Below are positions 12,200-25,333 of a DNA stretch of 64,000 nt, piece after piece. Each line of letters starts with the position of its first letter. Position 1 is the first letter of the stretch. Made by a program: the position numbers and the translations under genes. The notes beneath the pieces were generated by a model. It was not told where the DNA came from. It searched no databases and worked only from the letters and a program-made list of their open reading frames with translations. The stretch covers positions 1-64,000 of the forward strand of contig NW_021831285.1 of assembly GCF_006345805.1 (NCBI RefSeq), in the 5' to 3' direction. This DNA is from Octopus sinensis (taxonomy: Eukaryota).

Positions 12200-12830
12200 T
12201 AAGTTCCTTCAATTTCAGTATCTAGTGTTCAATTATTAAATTTTCGTGATTAGATTCATTTAAAATCTTAAAACAATTTTGAATGGTTTCAGTAGATACG
12301 TCATCCCAATCCATTTTAACAAACAAAATTGCATCTTTTAATGTCAATTTTTTGTATGAATTGTATACAGAAACATTTTCATCGTCGGGAAAATCAGTTA
12401 AGTATTCTTGCTTTCTTCTTATGAAGTTAGCCTTGAATGTTTTCATAATTCAAATATCTATTGGTTGTAGTAATCCAGTAGAATTTTTAGAAAAAATTAA
12501 AATCTTAATACAATCCAGGTTTAAAATTTTTATATCCTTGGAATCGGTATTTCGATAAGGGGTGCTTTTTGATTGAATAAGCTTGTAGTATAATGCAGAT
12601 TATAGAATTGATCAGGCTTATACAATTTATAAATTTCTTTAAGTTCTTGACGAAAAGAATTAATGTCAACTACTATATCAGTTCGCATCTCTCGGTGTAA
12701 TTTTAACATTCTAAAATCATGGCTCTTTTTAAATTTTTCCAGAAATTCATTAGAATTTTTAAAGTTATTACGTTGTAACTCTGGCAAAATGCGCATCCTT
12801 ACACAATATTAAGGAATCATTCAAAAAATC
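12200..12830 (-). pseudogene. pogo/Tigger transposase fragments
   Basis: ORF 12530-12796 (SNEFLEKFKKSH, HTH-like) and ORF 12222-12446 (WDDVSTETIQNCF, DDE_1 end). Confidence 0.7.
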
Positions 12831-13259
12831 ACCTACAAATTAATTTTCAATTAATACCTTAGACTCTATTGTATCCATCAATTCTACCAATTACATCAAG
12901 CTTACATCAAGTCTGTGGTCATCCGGAAAACACTAGAGCAGCCCTAAAAAAATGGATAAATGTGGCCAAGCTCAGGCTCGAAGAGTAGGAGAATCGACTG
13001 AAAGCAGACCCACTAATTAAAAACTAATTTTATCTAGACTTTTTCAATTTTGAATTTATATTTTGTGTTTTTTTAACAAAATTTAAAAATAATTATTCAA
13101 AATTTAATTTTCTATTACGCCCGCGATGGTTTTTCGAGCGGATATCCCTTGCGATAGCACGCTCTAATTCTTTCTCGATCGCGTCGGCTTTCCGTCTATG
13201 AAGCTTTCGAACACTTGACCGAATTCTTTTTTCGTAATAAATGCATTCAGCTAAAAAAA

Positions 13260-13686
13260 ATTTTCTATTTAAAAAAGGACGCAACTCCGGACGATCTTTG
13301 GTCTGGGACGCAACTTGCGTCGATACTTACTCAAGCACGAATCTCCTTAAATCGGTTCAGACACCTGGAGCAGCTGCCTCAATCGCGGAAAACCTTAAAA
13401 CCAAAAAATATTCCTTCCTCGGGGACCGCTACAGATTCACCCCTGTTGCGGCTGAGTCATCAGGAGCAGTTGGCCCAGCGACTGCCGAGTTCTTGCGCGA
13501 ACTCGGAAGAATGCTCGCCACAAAGGAGAATGATCCTCGTGAAGGAGTATGGCTAAGACAAAGGATCGGAATAGCCATACTCCGAGGGAACTCGCTTTCC
13601 ATACAGGCAGCGGGCTTCCTCAATTGATTTCTCAAATCAATCTCTTCTCTGAATTTATTAACTGAAAAAAAAAAAAAAAAAAAAAA
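13260..13686 (+). mobile_element. CRE retrotransposon 3' end with poly(A) tail
   Basis: LVWDATCVDTYS...PVAAESSG...QRIGIAILRGN; stop at 13627; A-run at 13666-13686. Confidence 0.9.
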
Positions 13687-14539
13687 TTAAAAAAGTATAA
13701 AAAGTAAACTAGCTGAATTTAAACAAACTGACAATATTAAATGTTATTTATTTAACTTTTTAAATATTCTAAATTTAAATTACATATCACGTGTTATGCA
13801 CGCTATTTTCTTTTTCTTTGTTGTGCTTCTGGTTATTAATTCCTATTTTATTTTTACTGCCAATTAATTCTGTATTTTTATAATATTTTTGTTTTTTTAT
13901 TTGTTTGAAGATTAATTAAATTGACTACTAGTAAAATATTTTCTATAAAGTTTATTTTGCAAGTAAATTTGTATTCATTTTATCAATTAATTAATCTTCA
14001 TTCATATGGATTTCTTAAATTAAATTTAATTCTTTCTAGTATTTGATTGTTTTTTTGTTTTATTTATCTCGATCTTTTTTAGTATTTTTATTGTGGTATT
14101 TTATTCTAGTACAGCGGTTTTTGACCTCTTCAAATTTTTGATAAATTGTACCCCTTGGGGTTAAAAATGGATCCCGTGTACGTTTATATTTTTACATATC
14201 TTTTTTGAGATAAATGATTTAATTATATAATTATGTCACGAACTTCAGAATATTTTCAATATCGGAAAGGAGATTTTGTTCGTGAAAACACGGAGCGCAT
14301 TTCGCTCGCGATATTGCGCTGAAACTGCTTATCTATTCGCGCGTCCTCTCAATCAAAGAATTAGCATCATAAATTCACTTAATTAACACTTGATCTATAA
14401 TCAAAAAAAAAAGTCTTAATTTAGAAAAAAAACTTTACGTGGACGACATTTATGGAACCCTTCTTTTCTTAGAGAATTTGTAACAGTCTGTGAGCATACT
14501 GGTGTTCCTATCTCACCGAAGTAAGTAGAGAGTTGTTTA

Positions 14540-15100
14540 CAAGATAATCTCGGATTATCAAGCACTTTTCGTCTAATTATGGAAATTGATCGAGATGATA
14601 TTTTTTTGGTTGTCCTGATCTTGGCTTATTTTTGGTAATTTTAAATAATTTCGATTTATTGATAATTTTCCATACTGTACTCTTCGGAATATGAACACTT
14701 TCGGAAATTTTTCGGATTGAGTTTCCTGCATTATATTCAAGAAGTATAAGTTTTTTTATTTCTTCTGAATGTTCCTTTCGCTTAAGCATGTACAAAAAAT
14801 TAATCGCAAATAATGCTAATAATCATTTAAATATACGAATTTTGAGTTTTTTTTGCGGTGTGCTTTGGATCACTGTCTTGTTAAATGTCCAATTTCCTGC
14901 AATACCACATTTCTCAATTGACGAAAATAGATTTTTTTCCAAAATATCACAGTATTTAGAAGCATTCAATATTCCGTCAATCACATGAAGTTCTCCAACG
15001 CCCCAAGAAGAAAAACACCCCCATAGCATAATACTGCTACCTCCATGTTTAACTGTTGGTATGGTATTTTTTGGACGATTAGAATTAGTTGTTCTTGCGT
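14540..15100 (-). pseudogene. Rearranged Tc1 transposase fragments
   Basis: TVKHGGSSIMLWGCFS (DDE region) lies upstream of an N-terminal HTH fragment (SIRKISESVHIPKSTV) on the same strand. Confidence 0.75.
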
Positions 15101-15499
15101 TAGATTGTTTTTGCGTTCTTTTGTCACTTGGCCACCAAGAAGCGGGACTACACCGTTAGGTTTTCCAAGTTAGTCCTTGCCCAAGGGACTTAGATTGTTT
15201 TTGCGTTCTTTTTGATTTTACTTTTTCTATTAAGTATTCATTGATTTTACTTTTTCTATTAAGGTCTACTTATAAATTATTTTATGGGATTCAATGGAAA
15301 ACTTAAGTTATTTCAATTTTAATTTTAAATCATGTTAAAATTTTAAATAATTTAATAAATATATTTGTTGATGATAGGCTTATTTGGTGTCAAAGTCGCG
15401 TCTAGCGCTCGGTCGCGCGCTGCGCTAGCGACATAATAATTAAAAATATTCATATTAAATAAAATTCTATTTTTATATAATGGTTAACCTTTATTAAAA

Positions 15500-16956
15500 G
15501 TAATTATCATAAACGGCTTAATTTATTTATGTCATTACCTGTTAAAAGACGACGTTCTTTGAATGAAGAAAAAAGAAAATTTAATATCAACTGGGAAAGT
15601 GAATACTTCGTAGTCGAAACAGACAACAATAGTATGCAATGCTTTTGTGTCATGAAATTGTGAAAACTATAAAACGGGACAATGCTAAACAACATTTTCA
15701 ACGACATTTAGACCACCTAGTTGTCAACTCCAAGTGTTCAAGAGAAGATTCCGTCGAAAATTTGAAATACAAATTAAGACAACAAAAAAATGTTTAAAAA
15801 CTTTTTTAAATGTGGCAAATGCAAGAGTTGAAGCATCCTTTCGAGTTGCTCATATCCTTGGATCTGCTGGAAAACCTTTTTCAGACGGCGAACTTTGAAA
15901 AGATGTATCATGGAATCAGTTAAATGCATTGATCCCGACAAGGAGCATAACTTTGAAGCAATTCCACTTTCACGTGACACAATTCAGCGCCGACAGTTTC
16001 ATATTGCCGAGCATCTTAATCTATCACTCCTACAAAAATTAAATTCTCAAACTACGTTATTTTCACTTGCCATTGATGAGTCGAATGATATATGTGATTC
16101 TGCTCAGCTGATCATATTTATTCGTACTCTATCCTTCGATTTTGAAATACATGAGAATTTTCTATCCATGAAGTCACTACCTGGAAATGTACGGGGTCAA
16201 GATATATTTGAAATAGTTAAACAATGTTGTTTGGAATTCAAATTGGACATGACATGTCTCATCATTGATTGATCTCATTGATGACAAAATAATTAATTAT
16301 GACGATCTTACACCAAATACATTTAATACTATATTCGATTATATTTTGAAACAATTTGAAGAGCGATTTAACGAATTTAAAAAATTGAACTCAAACTTTA
16401 ATTAACTGCAGCACCACATACTGTTTCGATTGAGAATGCGTTATTGGAATTCAAATTGAATTACATTGGAATTTCAATTTGAATGCGCCATTCGGAAGCA
16501 CATATTTATGTGAGTCTACATTTTTCAAAATGAAATATTTAAAAAGTCAATATAGATCTCGGATAACGGATGCAAACTTAGAGTCATGTTTGCGCATAAT
16601 GATATCTACCCTACCAGTGGATTTCAATAAGCTCGCAAAAAATACCAAAGATCCTGGCCGTCATTAGAATAACTTGTATAATACATTTCTTTTAATTAAC
16701 TTTCCTTCTTTCTTATCTTTTGTCCATGAAATAATTATTTATTTTAATAATATGATGTCCCTGATAAACGAGAGCATTTCCTGTCCAAGAACTCATTCGG
16801 TCTCGATGACAATGGGCAACTTATGCGGTCAATTTAATAATTAAAAAAAACTACTATATTAATATCGAAAAAATAATGCAGAAAATGTGCGGCCGTGGAA
16901 GAGAAGGAAAAATAAATGCTATGCGGCCGCAAACCCAAAAAGCTTGCGCACCCCTG
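15500..16956 (+). mobile_element. Degraded hAT (GTF2IRD2/SPIN-like) element
   Basis: LAIDESNDICDSAQLIIFIR; FGSTYLCESTF...RSRITDANL; right TIR ...TTGCGCACCCCTG ends at 16956. Confidence 0.85.
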
Positions 16957-18029
16957 ATCTAGGATGTAAAGAAAACTAGGAGAACTATTATACTATTGGA
17001 AAAAATTAAATAAAAACAGCTATGTTAACGAAAATAAAATTTTATTAAAAATAAACAAGTGTCCTAAGACTAATGTACATACCAACAAATATTTTCGATA
17101 TTTTATATCTTTTGAGTATTTTTTTACTTAACAATGGTTTTTTCTTTGCTACTCTTCCAACTAATCCATTCTTATTTAAGTTGCGGGTAATTGTTCGCGG
17201 GCAAATTACTCTTGAGTGATGGTTTCCATTTCTAGAGCGAGGTCTTTTGCAGATTTTTCACTATTGGCTTCAGAAAGTTCCACTAATATTTTGATTTCGT
17301 TTGTATTGAGTAATGTTGGTCCTTCAGACCCACTTTTTCTATAAATGGTTCCTGAGTTTATGTATTTTCGAACAACATCGAAAACGATCGATTTCGGAAC
17401 TCCGAGGATATCAGAAATTCTCCTATAAGAAAAATTGTGCTGGTAATAAGAAATAATTTGTCCTTTACAAAAAGAATCCATTAATTTTTTCTAAAATATT
17501 TTAAAAAATTAGCTCTTTTAACTATAATAGCAAAAGTGTCCGGAATTTTACGCCACTGAAATACGTTTTATGCTTTTAAATATCGTTTTATAAAACTTTT
17601 TTAAATATATTTTTTTTAAATATAAAAATATAGAAAAAAATATTATGCTCAAAGATTTTTTTCTAAATTTGATAATAAAAATGACGATTTATAAATTGTC
17701 CGGATTTTAATGTCGAGGGGTGTATATTAATTTCAAACTAGAAATCGATAAACGCTGTTAGCCTAAATTAAATTAGTTTTACACAAACGAATAATGAAAG
17801 TAGACGACGTAAAGTACGCCTTTGTCGCCAATCAAGTCAGAGCTGCAATCTTGCGATGACACACAGCTCAACAAAAATTTTGACACAGAAATGGAAAAGC
17901 AAAGGAAATTTGCGGCAAACTCCTCTTCCAAGGGAAGAAGTAAAATCACTGAAGATCTGGACTTATAATTAGATAATTTAGTTGACTATAGTTAATCGAC
18001 TCTAATTAAATAGTTAGAAATTACTTCCT

Positions 18030-18130
18030 GTTAATTATTTATTATTAAGAGCACTTTCGAGAAAACATAAAGTGAATTAAGTCTACCTTGTGCCGTGTTC
18101 TGTAACATTCTCTCTATTAGTTTTACCAGG
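18030..18130 (-). mobile_element. RTE-like LINE 3' tip
   Basis: Matches the 3' end, UTR and (TAA)n tail of the element ending at ~22437. Confidence 0.65.
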
Positions 18131-19820
18131 ATTTTCTGTTGTTCGTATTCTTTACCGATTTCTCCTGTTTATATCTAATCTATAAAAATTTGAAAAAGAA
18201 ATTTCGTAATCGGTGATTTGGTTTAAATCAAAAAAAGAATGTTCAATTTTACAATGAAAGAAATGAAGACATATGAATTTGATGTGTTCCTCGTGCCTCT
18301 TTTTGGCAAGAAGCTTGGAGCGAGTGAAATGCGAGGCTTAAATCATATGATGTTGTTGGAAAAAGAATTACTGATGCTGAACACATAAGGCCAGAGTTCT
18401 CGAAACAGAATCTATTAGGTTTTTGAAACCAATCGAGATTTTGTCTGGACCATGAAAATAAGTCGTTTTGTGGAATGTAAGGTATCCACTACTTCTTTTT
18501 CCGAGGAAAGGAGAGGTGCTGGGCGTATTTTCAGCCTTCTTTTTGAGGCTAATATATCGGATTTTTATACTTTTTATGTGATATTAACTGTTGTTGATCC
18601 TTGGGTTAAATAAAAAAAATAAGTATTTAATGTGCTGATATAAAACTTTATATCAAATGTCTTAAGATAATTTTTTTTGACTAAGACAGACCTTTATCAA
18701 CCACTCTCAGAATTTAATTGAAGTTTGGGTATAGCCCTTGATTTTGCCTCCAGAATTATTTTCGCAAAGTAGCTGATAACCTTGTCCAGAAAGCTGAAGT
18801 TATCCAGATAAAAATTCTTTAATTTAGATTTCTTGGAACCGTAGCTAGTTTGCAGCATTTTAATTTTATCAATTAGGAACTCATTTGGTGTTAACATCCT
18901 TTTGATCCTAACAAAAGCGGATTGTGGTCTCTTCTTGTTTTGTAAAAGACTTACCAATCAGCATTAAGTGAAAGTGATAAAGAGCAAAGTGTTAAATTCG
19001 GCGACGTAGGCCTATCCGTCACCCTGAGAGGGTCCTCGTGTTTCTCGATGAATCATTCAGTATTGTTAGACTCCATTTGAGATTGTCAAAGTTTTCTTTT
19101 TATATCCGCCGACTGAGTTAACAGCCATGAGTGGTGCTTAATAACTTTATCGATGCATGTCATTTTAAAGAAATTTGGAAAGATATAGTTCTTCAGACAG
19201 GAGGAGCCAAGGAGTTAAGTGCATAGTACTTTACAAGATTGCTTCAAGTAGGTGGAATTTGAAAACTATCAAAAGTATGGTTTGATGAAAAGTGTGCTTT
19301 TGTTTCTATACGACTCTCAATTACAGATAATTCAATTGATTAGAAAAGCAGCAAAGATACACATCCAATCATTTGTGCTGAAAAAGACTCCTGAGAGAAT
19401 GTAATTGAACAAAACCACGGAATGAAGGTATCTGGAATGTAAGGTCATTTGATTAAATTAATTCGATTTCTTACTTTTATAGACTTCCTGCTGATATTCA
19501 ATTTATAAATAACAAAACAATTGCAGTTTAATTATCTTGAATAGAATAAAAGAATGCATTAATGCTTATCGAATCTAATTAACTAGGGGTGTTTTTATTA
19601 ATTATTAAACTTTCTTTTTGAAAAAATATTTTTATTTATACATAATATTTCGGTCGCATACCCGGCATTCCGCGATTAAGACGAGCATGCAAAAATCAAC
19701 GACTATAAACCAATATTTTTGCACAAAAATGATTTTTCCTTAACTTTTGTTGAACAATAAAATTTTAATGAAAAAATTTATATACAATAAATAGTCGTTA
19801 TTGAAATATCTGTTCATGTG

Positions 19821-22094
19821 ATGGAACAATTGTCAGCAAAATTGTGGAAGGAGGAGGACGTGATACTACTCATAAACGGTGGTTGCGCATATTGACAGTC
19901 TAGATACAACTCAAAGAACTGTATTTGATAATACAGCCAAACGTCTGCTTACTACAGTGGGTGGACATGTTGAACTGTCTTGTTGTGGAATCACTTCTCA
20001 AGAACACAAACTAATCGACATGCTCGGCACTCGCAATGACAGTCGAGGTACAGTCTCTGTGGATTCTGACACGTGGGGTGACATAATGAGTCACATTGAG
20101 TGGAGGAAAGGAATGTTTTTGATGGAGAGTGGAGTGGTGAACATAACCACAGTGATAACTCTACATCGGACAATTAGTCACAAAGTATAATTCCTAGTCT
20201 ACTCCAGTCAGTGGCCACGTCCTCTCCGAAAGTGACATTGTTGAGAATGTCTGAAATTGAGGTGATGGAAGGCTTGATCAGGAAGGAGGAGTGTATGTTG
20301 GGCGATGTAGGGAGGGCTATTCGTCACTTGCAGGTGACTGTCGAGTTGAGAAAAGTGTGGAGGGTATCATTAAAATTATATTCTAGACTCTTTTTGGGAA
20401 TATTCTTATGAGAAATGTCCGCTGCTTTTCGGGAAAGTGGTCATGGACAGTTCTTTTGCGAGATAACCAAATCATCCATTCCCCTTCTCTCGACAGAACT
20501 CGGTACTACTCTTATCGACACATCGTCCTTCCAGAAAGGAGACACACTCCTCATTGTCTCTTCCCATTTTCTAGTGAATCTTTTCTTCAAATCGACGTAT
20601 GGTCTCTTTTTTACTCCCAGACATATTTGTTGGTTTACCCTACCGGAGAACAAGTCCCATACTCAGCACACACTCTTTTTTTGGGAGGGAAGGGGATCGA
20701 GTCCCCCCATTGTCGAATATATTGTGAAGAGGGACTGATGGTGGAGTCATTCGGGTAGTTTTGTCTGGGCACATTAGTTATATCACTATTAATAAGAGGC
20801 CTATTTCCTCCCCCACTCCTCTTCGCCGTGGGGATGTCCTTTCTATTGCTGATCAGCATTTTTTCTGTGTGGATGAGCCCCTCAGTTATGCTGATATGCT
20901 TGAATACCTCCCGATTCCTCTCCAGTCACTTCCTGAATATTTTACTCGCCTATTATTAAGACTTTCCTCGTTTTCCAAATGTATTCCACCACCCTATGTC
21001 GGTTGGACTCCCGGACAGTCCATTCCTCTTGGATTGATACCCCAATTGTGTCAGAAGGTGTTTGGGACATGCTTAATTTTCGCCGATTGTCTGTACGAGA
21101 GGGACAGTCTCTCTGCACAGGTCATTGGCCATTGTGGAATGTCTTTGGGTCACTGCCACATCTCAATTAAACGGGACGACCATACTTTCGACCGGTGGGA
21201 CAACTACCTCGGCAATATTTTTACAGTAACACTCCTCTTTTATCTCAGCTTAAATCGGTCAAGTGGGAGTCTCCTTTCTATGGAGAAAACGTGACACTTG
21301 ATGTGGGAATAATCCATTCGACTTACTTCCATTCTTTGATGTGCCCGCTGTTTCAAAAATGGGGAAATATTGTTGAATTTAGCATTCCTCGAGTATTATT
21401 TTTGGGGATATTTTAGTACTCTTTTCCCCAACAAGCATTCTTGGGTTTCTTCCTTCAATTGAATGGAGGGAGAAGTCTTCCCCACGAATGTTTAACTTTA
21501 CAATCTGTGATTGACCTAGTCCAACAGGACAAACAATATCAGGTTGACCTATCCCCTTATTTGTAGATAAGACAAGCAGAAACCCCCCAGAACTCCCCAC
21601 TCCACACATTCTCTTCTACTCTCATCAACCGTCTTGGTTCATTCTGCAAAAGTATTACTTCCTCATTCCAACCAACAACTCCGAGTCAGCCGGTAGAACA
21701 ACCCAGTCCCCCTACTGTTGCTCCTATTGTCCCTCCTTCTCCTGAAGAGAGTGAAGAGGACGCTTTGGGAGGGTTGGATGAATTGGGAGATGTATGGTCA
21801 GATCAGGGAGAGGAGGGGGAGTGTACATCTTTGCCTTGGTGGTTGACGAGTGGTCGATATGTCCAACTGAAGAATGGGGGATTGCGTGGAATTGTTCGAT
21901 ATGTGGGGAGGACACATGAGGGGGATCAATGTCGGGTGGGAATTGAGTTGGAGAGTGAGAAGGGGGATACCGACGGGGTGGTCGATGGAATTGTTTACTT
22001 TCATTGCCCACCCAATCACGGATTGTTTGTATACCCTGAGAATATTGAGTTGAGCACGAATGTGGGGGTCACCTTCCATGATTTGTTGCATTAA
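19821..22094 (+). CDS. KIF13/Khc-73-like kinesin-3 family protein with degenerate motor, FHA, KIF13-type stalk and CAP-Gly; 9 exons, ~694 aa
   Basis: Eight GT-AG introns (25,23,23,24,23,23,24,24 nt) give a 2085-nt in-frame CDS. FHA: LFLGGKGIESPHC...LRRGDVLSIADQHFF. Stalk: FGTCLIFADCLY...GHCHISIKR. CAP-Gly: GIVRYVG...GIEL...GDTDGVVDGIVYFHCPPNHGLFV. Start codon uncertain. Confidence 0.8.
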
Positions 22095-22436
22095 ATTATT
22101 TAAAAAATTGTTTTATCTCTTTGCAGACTGTATATATTAGTCAATCCTTCATATTTGGATAAACAGACTATAAACATCGGTTTTAGAGGCTTTATGCTTT
22201 TGTTGAACAGCCCAAATTTTTTGGGAAACAAGTATAATTTTACATTAAATTTAAATGTTGAGTTAATACAGTAATCTTTATACAGTAATAAAAAATTCCC
22301 ATAATCATCTCTATTCACCCATATAGAAAGAAAATCTTCCATAGAATTGCTATAAATAGCTTTTAAAACTTTTATTGTAAAGTGGTTTCACTATTTTAAA
22401 TAGTTTTGGATAAATAATTGATAAAAAAATTGCTAG

Positions 22437-25333
22437 TTAATAATTATTATTATTATAAAGCACTTTCGGAAAAGTCATAAGTTAATTAAGCTTTCCTTGT
22501 GCCACCATTGAAATTCTCCCGGTCATGCGTCTCCAGGCTCTCCGGTCAGTTGCGATCGTCCTGAGTGAGTCGAGATCATCGCCATTTTTCAGTTTTTTAT
22601 TAATTCCAGCTAGATCTTCATTTAGCGTGGTAGCCAGAGTGACCCTGGGTCTTCCACGGAAGTCTCCTTTGGAATGGGCAAAGTAGTTTTCCATCGCGAT
22701 ATTCGGCGGAGTGAGGCTGTCAAGTCTTAATATGTGTCCAAAGAGTCGCCATCTGGACTCCAGGATGTCCATAGAGATCGGTCTCGAATTGCATCTTTTG
22801 TATAGGGTGGAATTTGCTATTTTCCTTGAGAATTGCATGTTTATCACTCTTCTCAGTTGGTTCCGATGAAATCGGTCCAAATTGTTCATATCGGTCTTAC
22901 TGATTCCCCACGTCGATCCATTGTACATTAGGACTGGGACAACAAATGTGTTGTATATTTTAAGTTTTGTCTTTGAATTTAGCTTCTTTAGGCGCCAGAT
23001 GTTCATAAACTTATTGTATGTGGCAATTGATAGTATTTTTCTGTGCATAATGTCTTCAGAGTCCCCTAAGAGAGATCCGACTTTTTTTTGTCTTCTCCAG
23101 GGCTCATCATGAGTTCGTTCAGATCGAATAAATTTCGTATGTTCAGTTTTATTGTGGTTGATTGTTAGAAACCATTTGGAAAAAATATCTGGTAATGTTT
23201 CGATAATAAATCGAAGGGTTTCAGCATCATCAGATACGAAGTCGACATCATCAGCATATATTATTTCGTTGTATTTAGTGTTGTCCACAAGAGGCCGAAA
23301 GTCTCTGAGTGCTGCCTCTAGGTAGACGATAAAGAGAACTGGGGACAGCGAATCGCCTTGTGGTATGCCCCGTGATGTGTAGAAATAGTTTGACACATTT
23401 TTACCAAGTTTGGTTGCTAATTGAGTGTTCTGAAGAAGCATTAGGATTATTCTGATGTCGTCATGATTTAAGAAGGTCATAAGTATTTCCACAAGTTTAG
23501 TTCTGTGAACAGAGTCGAATGCTCTGGACATATCGATGCCGAGTATTTCAGTGCAATGTTTATATTTTTGGCATGTGGCAGCTGTCCATCTGTGAGTCCA
23601 GATCACATCAGCAGTGGACCTGCCAGTTCTAAAGCCACTTTGTCCCGGTGACAGAAAGTTTTCCACCTTGGTTCTTATCCTCTCTAATGCGATCAACGAC
23701 AGTGTTTTCCGAAGCGTCGTTAGCAAAATAATAGGTCTTAGGCTGGATAGGGGTCCTTTTTGTTTTCCAGGTTTCTGTAGAGGAATTAACCATCCTTTGC
23801 CGAGGTCTAATGGGTTGTTCTGCTCAAATGCCTTGTTCAGGATATTTGCAGCGATTTCAGCAAACTTCATTGGCGCATATTTTACTAGTTCAGGTGGGAT
23901 ATTGTCCGGTCCCCCAGACCTGCCGGTTTTCAGTTTCTTCATTGCCTCCAATATTTCGTAAGTGGTTAATGGGGAACTTAGTGCCCCTACAGTATATGGG
24001 TAGGGTTTGTATCCTGATTCATTCTCCCAGTTAAGCATTTTGTAGTAGTATTCAGATATAGCCTCTACCTTACTCTTGTTGTCAATGATAGCCGCTTCCG
24101 TGGTGTCCCAGACAGTGATCGAATTTTGCCTCTTTTTTTTGCTTAGCAGCCTCATTGCCATGAACATTTTCGTGTCGTCCTTTTGTTTTGTTATGTGTTG
24201 AAATTGCTCTTCTGTTTCTTTGTACATTAGCAATTTCTGTGTTTTCTTGATATTTAGTAATATCATGTTCCGTAATTTTCGGAGTTCTCTTATTTTTTTC
24301 GGGTTGCTGGAGTTTTGTATTTTTAACCTCAAGGTTTTCTGCCTTTCTGAGAGGGAGCAAATCTCGTTATCGTGAAATTTGTGTTTTTTTCGAGTGAGTC
24401 CAACAACATTTACAGCTGTCTTCTTCATTGCACTGGTCACTGCATCCCAAATCGCATTTGCAGGTTTTGTTGTGTCAATATTGTCGAGTTCTTCCTGTAG
24501 TTTGTCTGCATAGTTCTGTTTGAGTTTTTCATCACGGAATAATTCAAGATTATAGCTTTCTTGTTCATCATGCGTAAGTTTTTTCAGTTTGTTGTATGTC
24601 TTGTACAGTCCGATGCTAGTGATTATTAGTTTGTGGTCACTATTTGTCTCCAGTCCCCCGTATGAACGTGAATCCACAAGTAGAATTGTAGATTGCCATT
24701 TGAGGATGTCATCGCCTACATATACTTATGGAGTTACGATAGGCATACCTTCAAATGGCTTCATCACGAATACAATTGGGGTGAACATACATATGTCGAT
24801 TGGGCTATGTTTTTACGTGAAGTCTGTGTGGACGCACTTGTTAAAAGATCTGACGGCAAAATTGGTATTATTAATGTTATTTCAGGTGGTCCTGGTATGA
24901 TTGTGGAGGTAGACGAGAGTATGTTTTCCAAACGGAAAAACAACTCTGGAAGAGTTTTACCAAAACAGTGGGTCTTCGGTGGTATTTGTCGAGCCACCAA
25001 ACAGTGTTTTCTGCAACCAGTCGCGGATAGGAGCAGAGAAACACTGCTCAGTCTAGTAATTCGATATGTCGAGGTGGGAAGCATTATTTATAGTGACTGC
25101 TGGAAATTTAATAACCATTTAAATTATTGATAGAGGGTTATAAATTAAATAATCTATTTTTCACTAAAAAAATTAATTAATTTTAATTATCTTCTAAAAA
25201 AACTGCGACCACTTCGACAAAAGTACCGTAGATGTTTATGGGCAGCTTTGCAGAGGATGTAGTCCATTTGATTGAATATAGGTATGTAATTTCCATTTGA
25301 GTCCTTTCTGGTTCCAGTCCATGTTGTTAATAA
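22437..25333 (-). mobile_element. RTE-like LINE (partial APE endonuclease + RT), endonuclease split by a Merlin fragment
   Basis: Open 731-aa ORF 22482-24677 with SDH, QGDSLSP and YADD; (TAA)n tail; upstream piece TWTG...NQMDYILC at 25233-25333. Confidence 0.95.
24685..25227 (+). mobile_element. Merlin (IS1595-like) transposase fragment with right end
   Basis: IVEVDES.FSKRK...GR...QWVFGG...RSRETL...SDCW; right end ...TTCGACAAAAGTACC; GTAGA on both flanks. Confidence 0.85.

Larger units (their letters stand above)
11075..17722 (-). mobile_element. Tc1-like element expanded by nested insertions
   Basis: ~55-bp TIRs starting CACCCCTCGACATTAAAAT in TATA context at both ends; HTH N-terminus at 17206-17481; APCHTSK...P.QSLDMNPIEHIW C-terminus at 11280-11575. 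Confidence 0.85.

Noticed and set aside
18200-19500. Moderately GC-rich stretch with ORF 18697-18957
   Set aside because: It could be a decayed host gene, but no family motif or frame-consistent exon chain was found.
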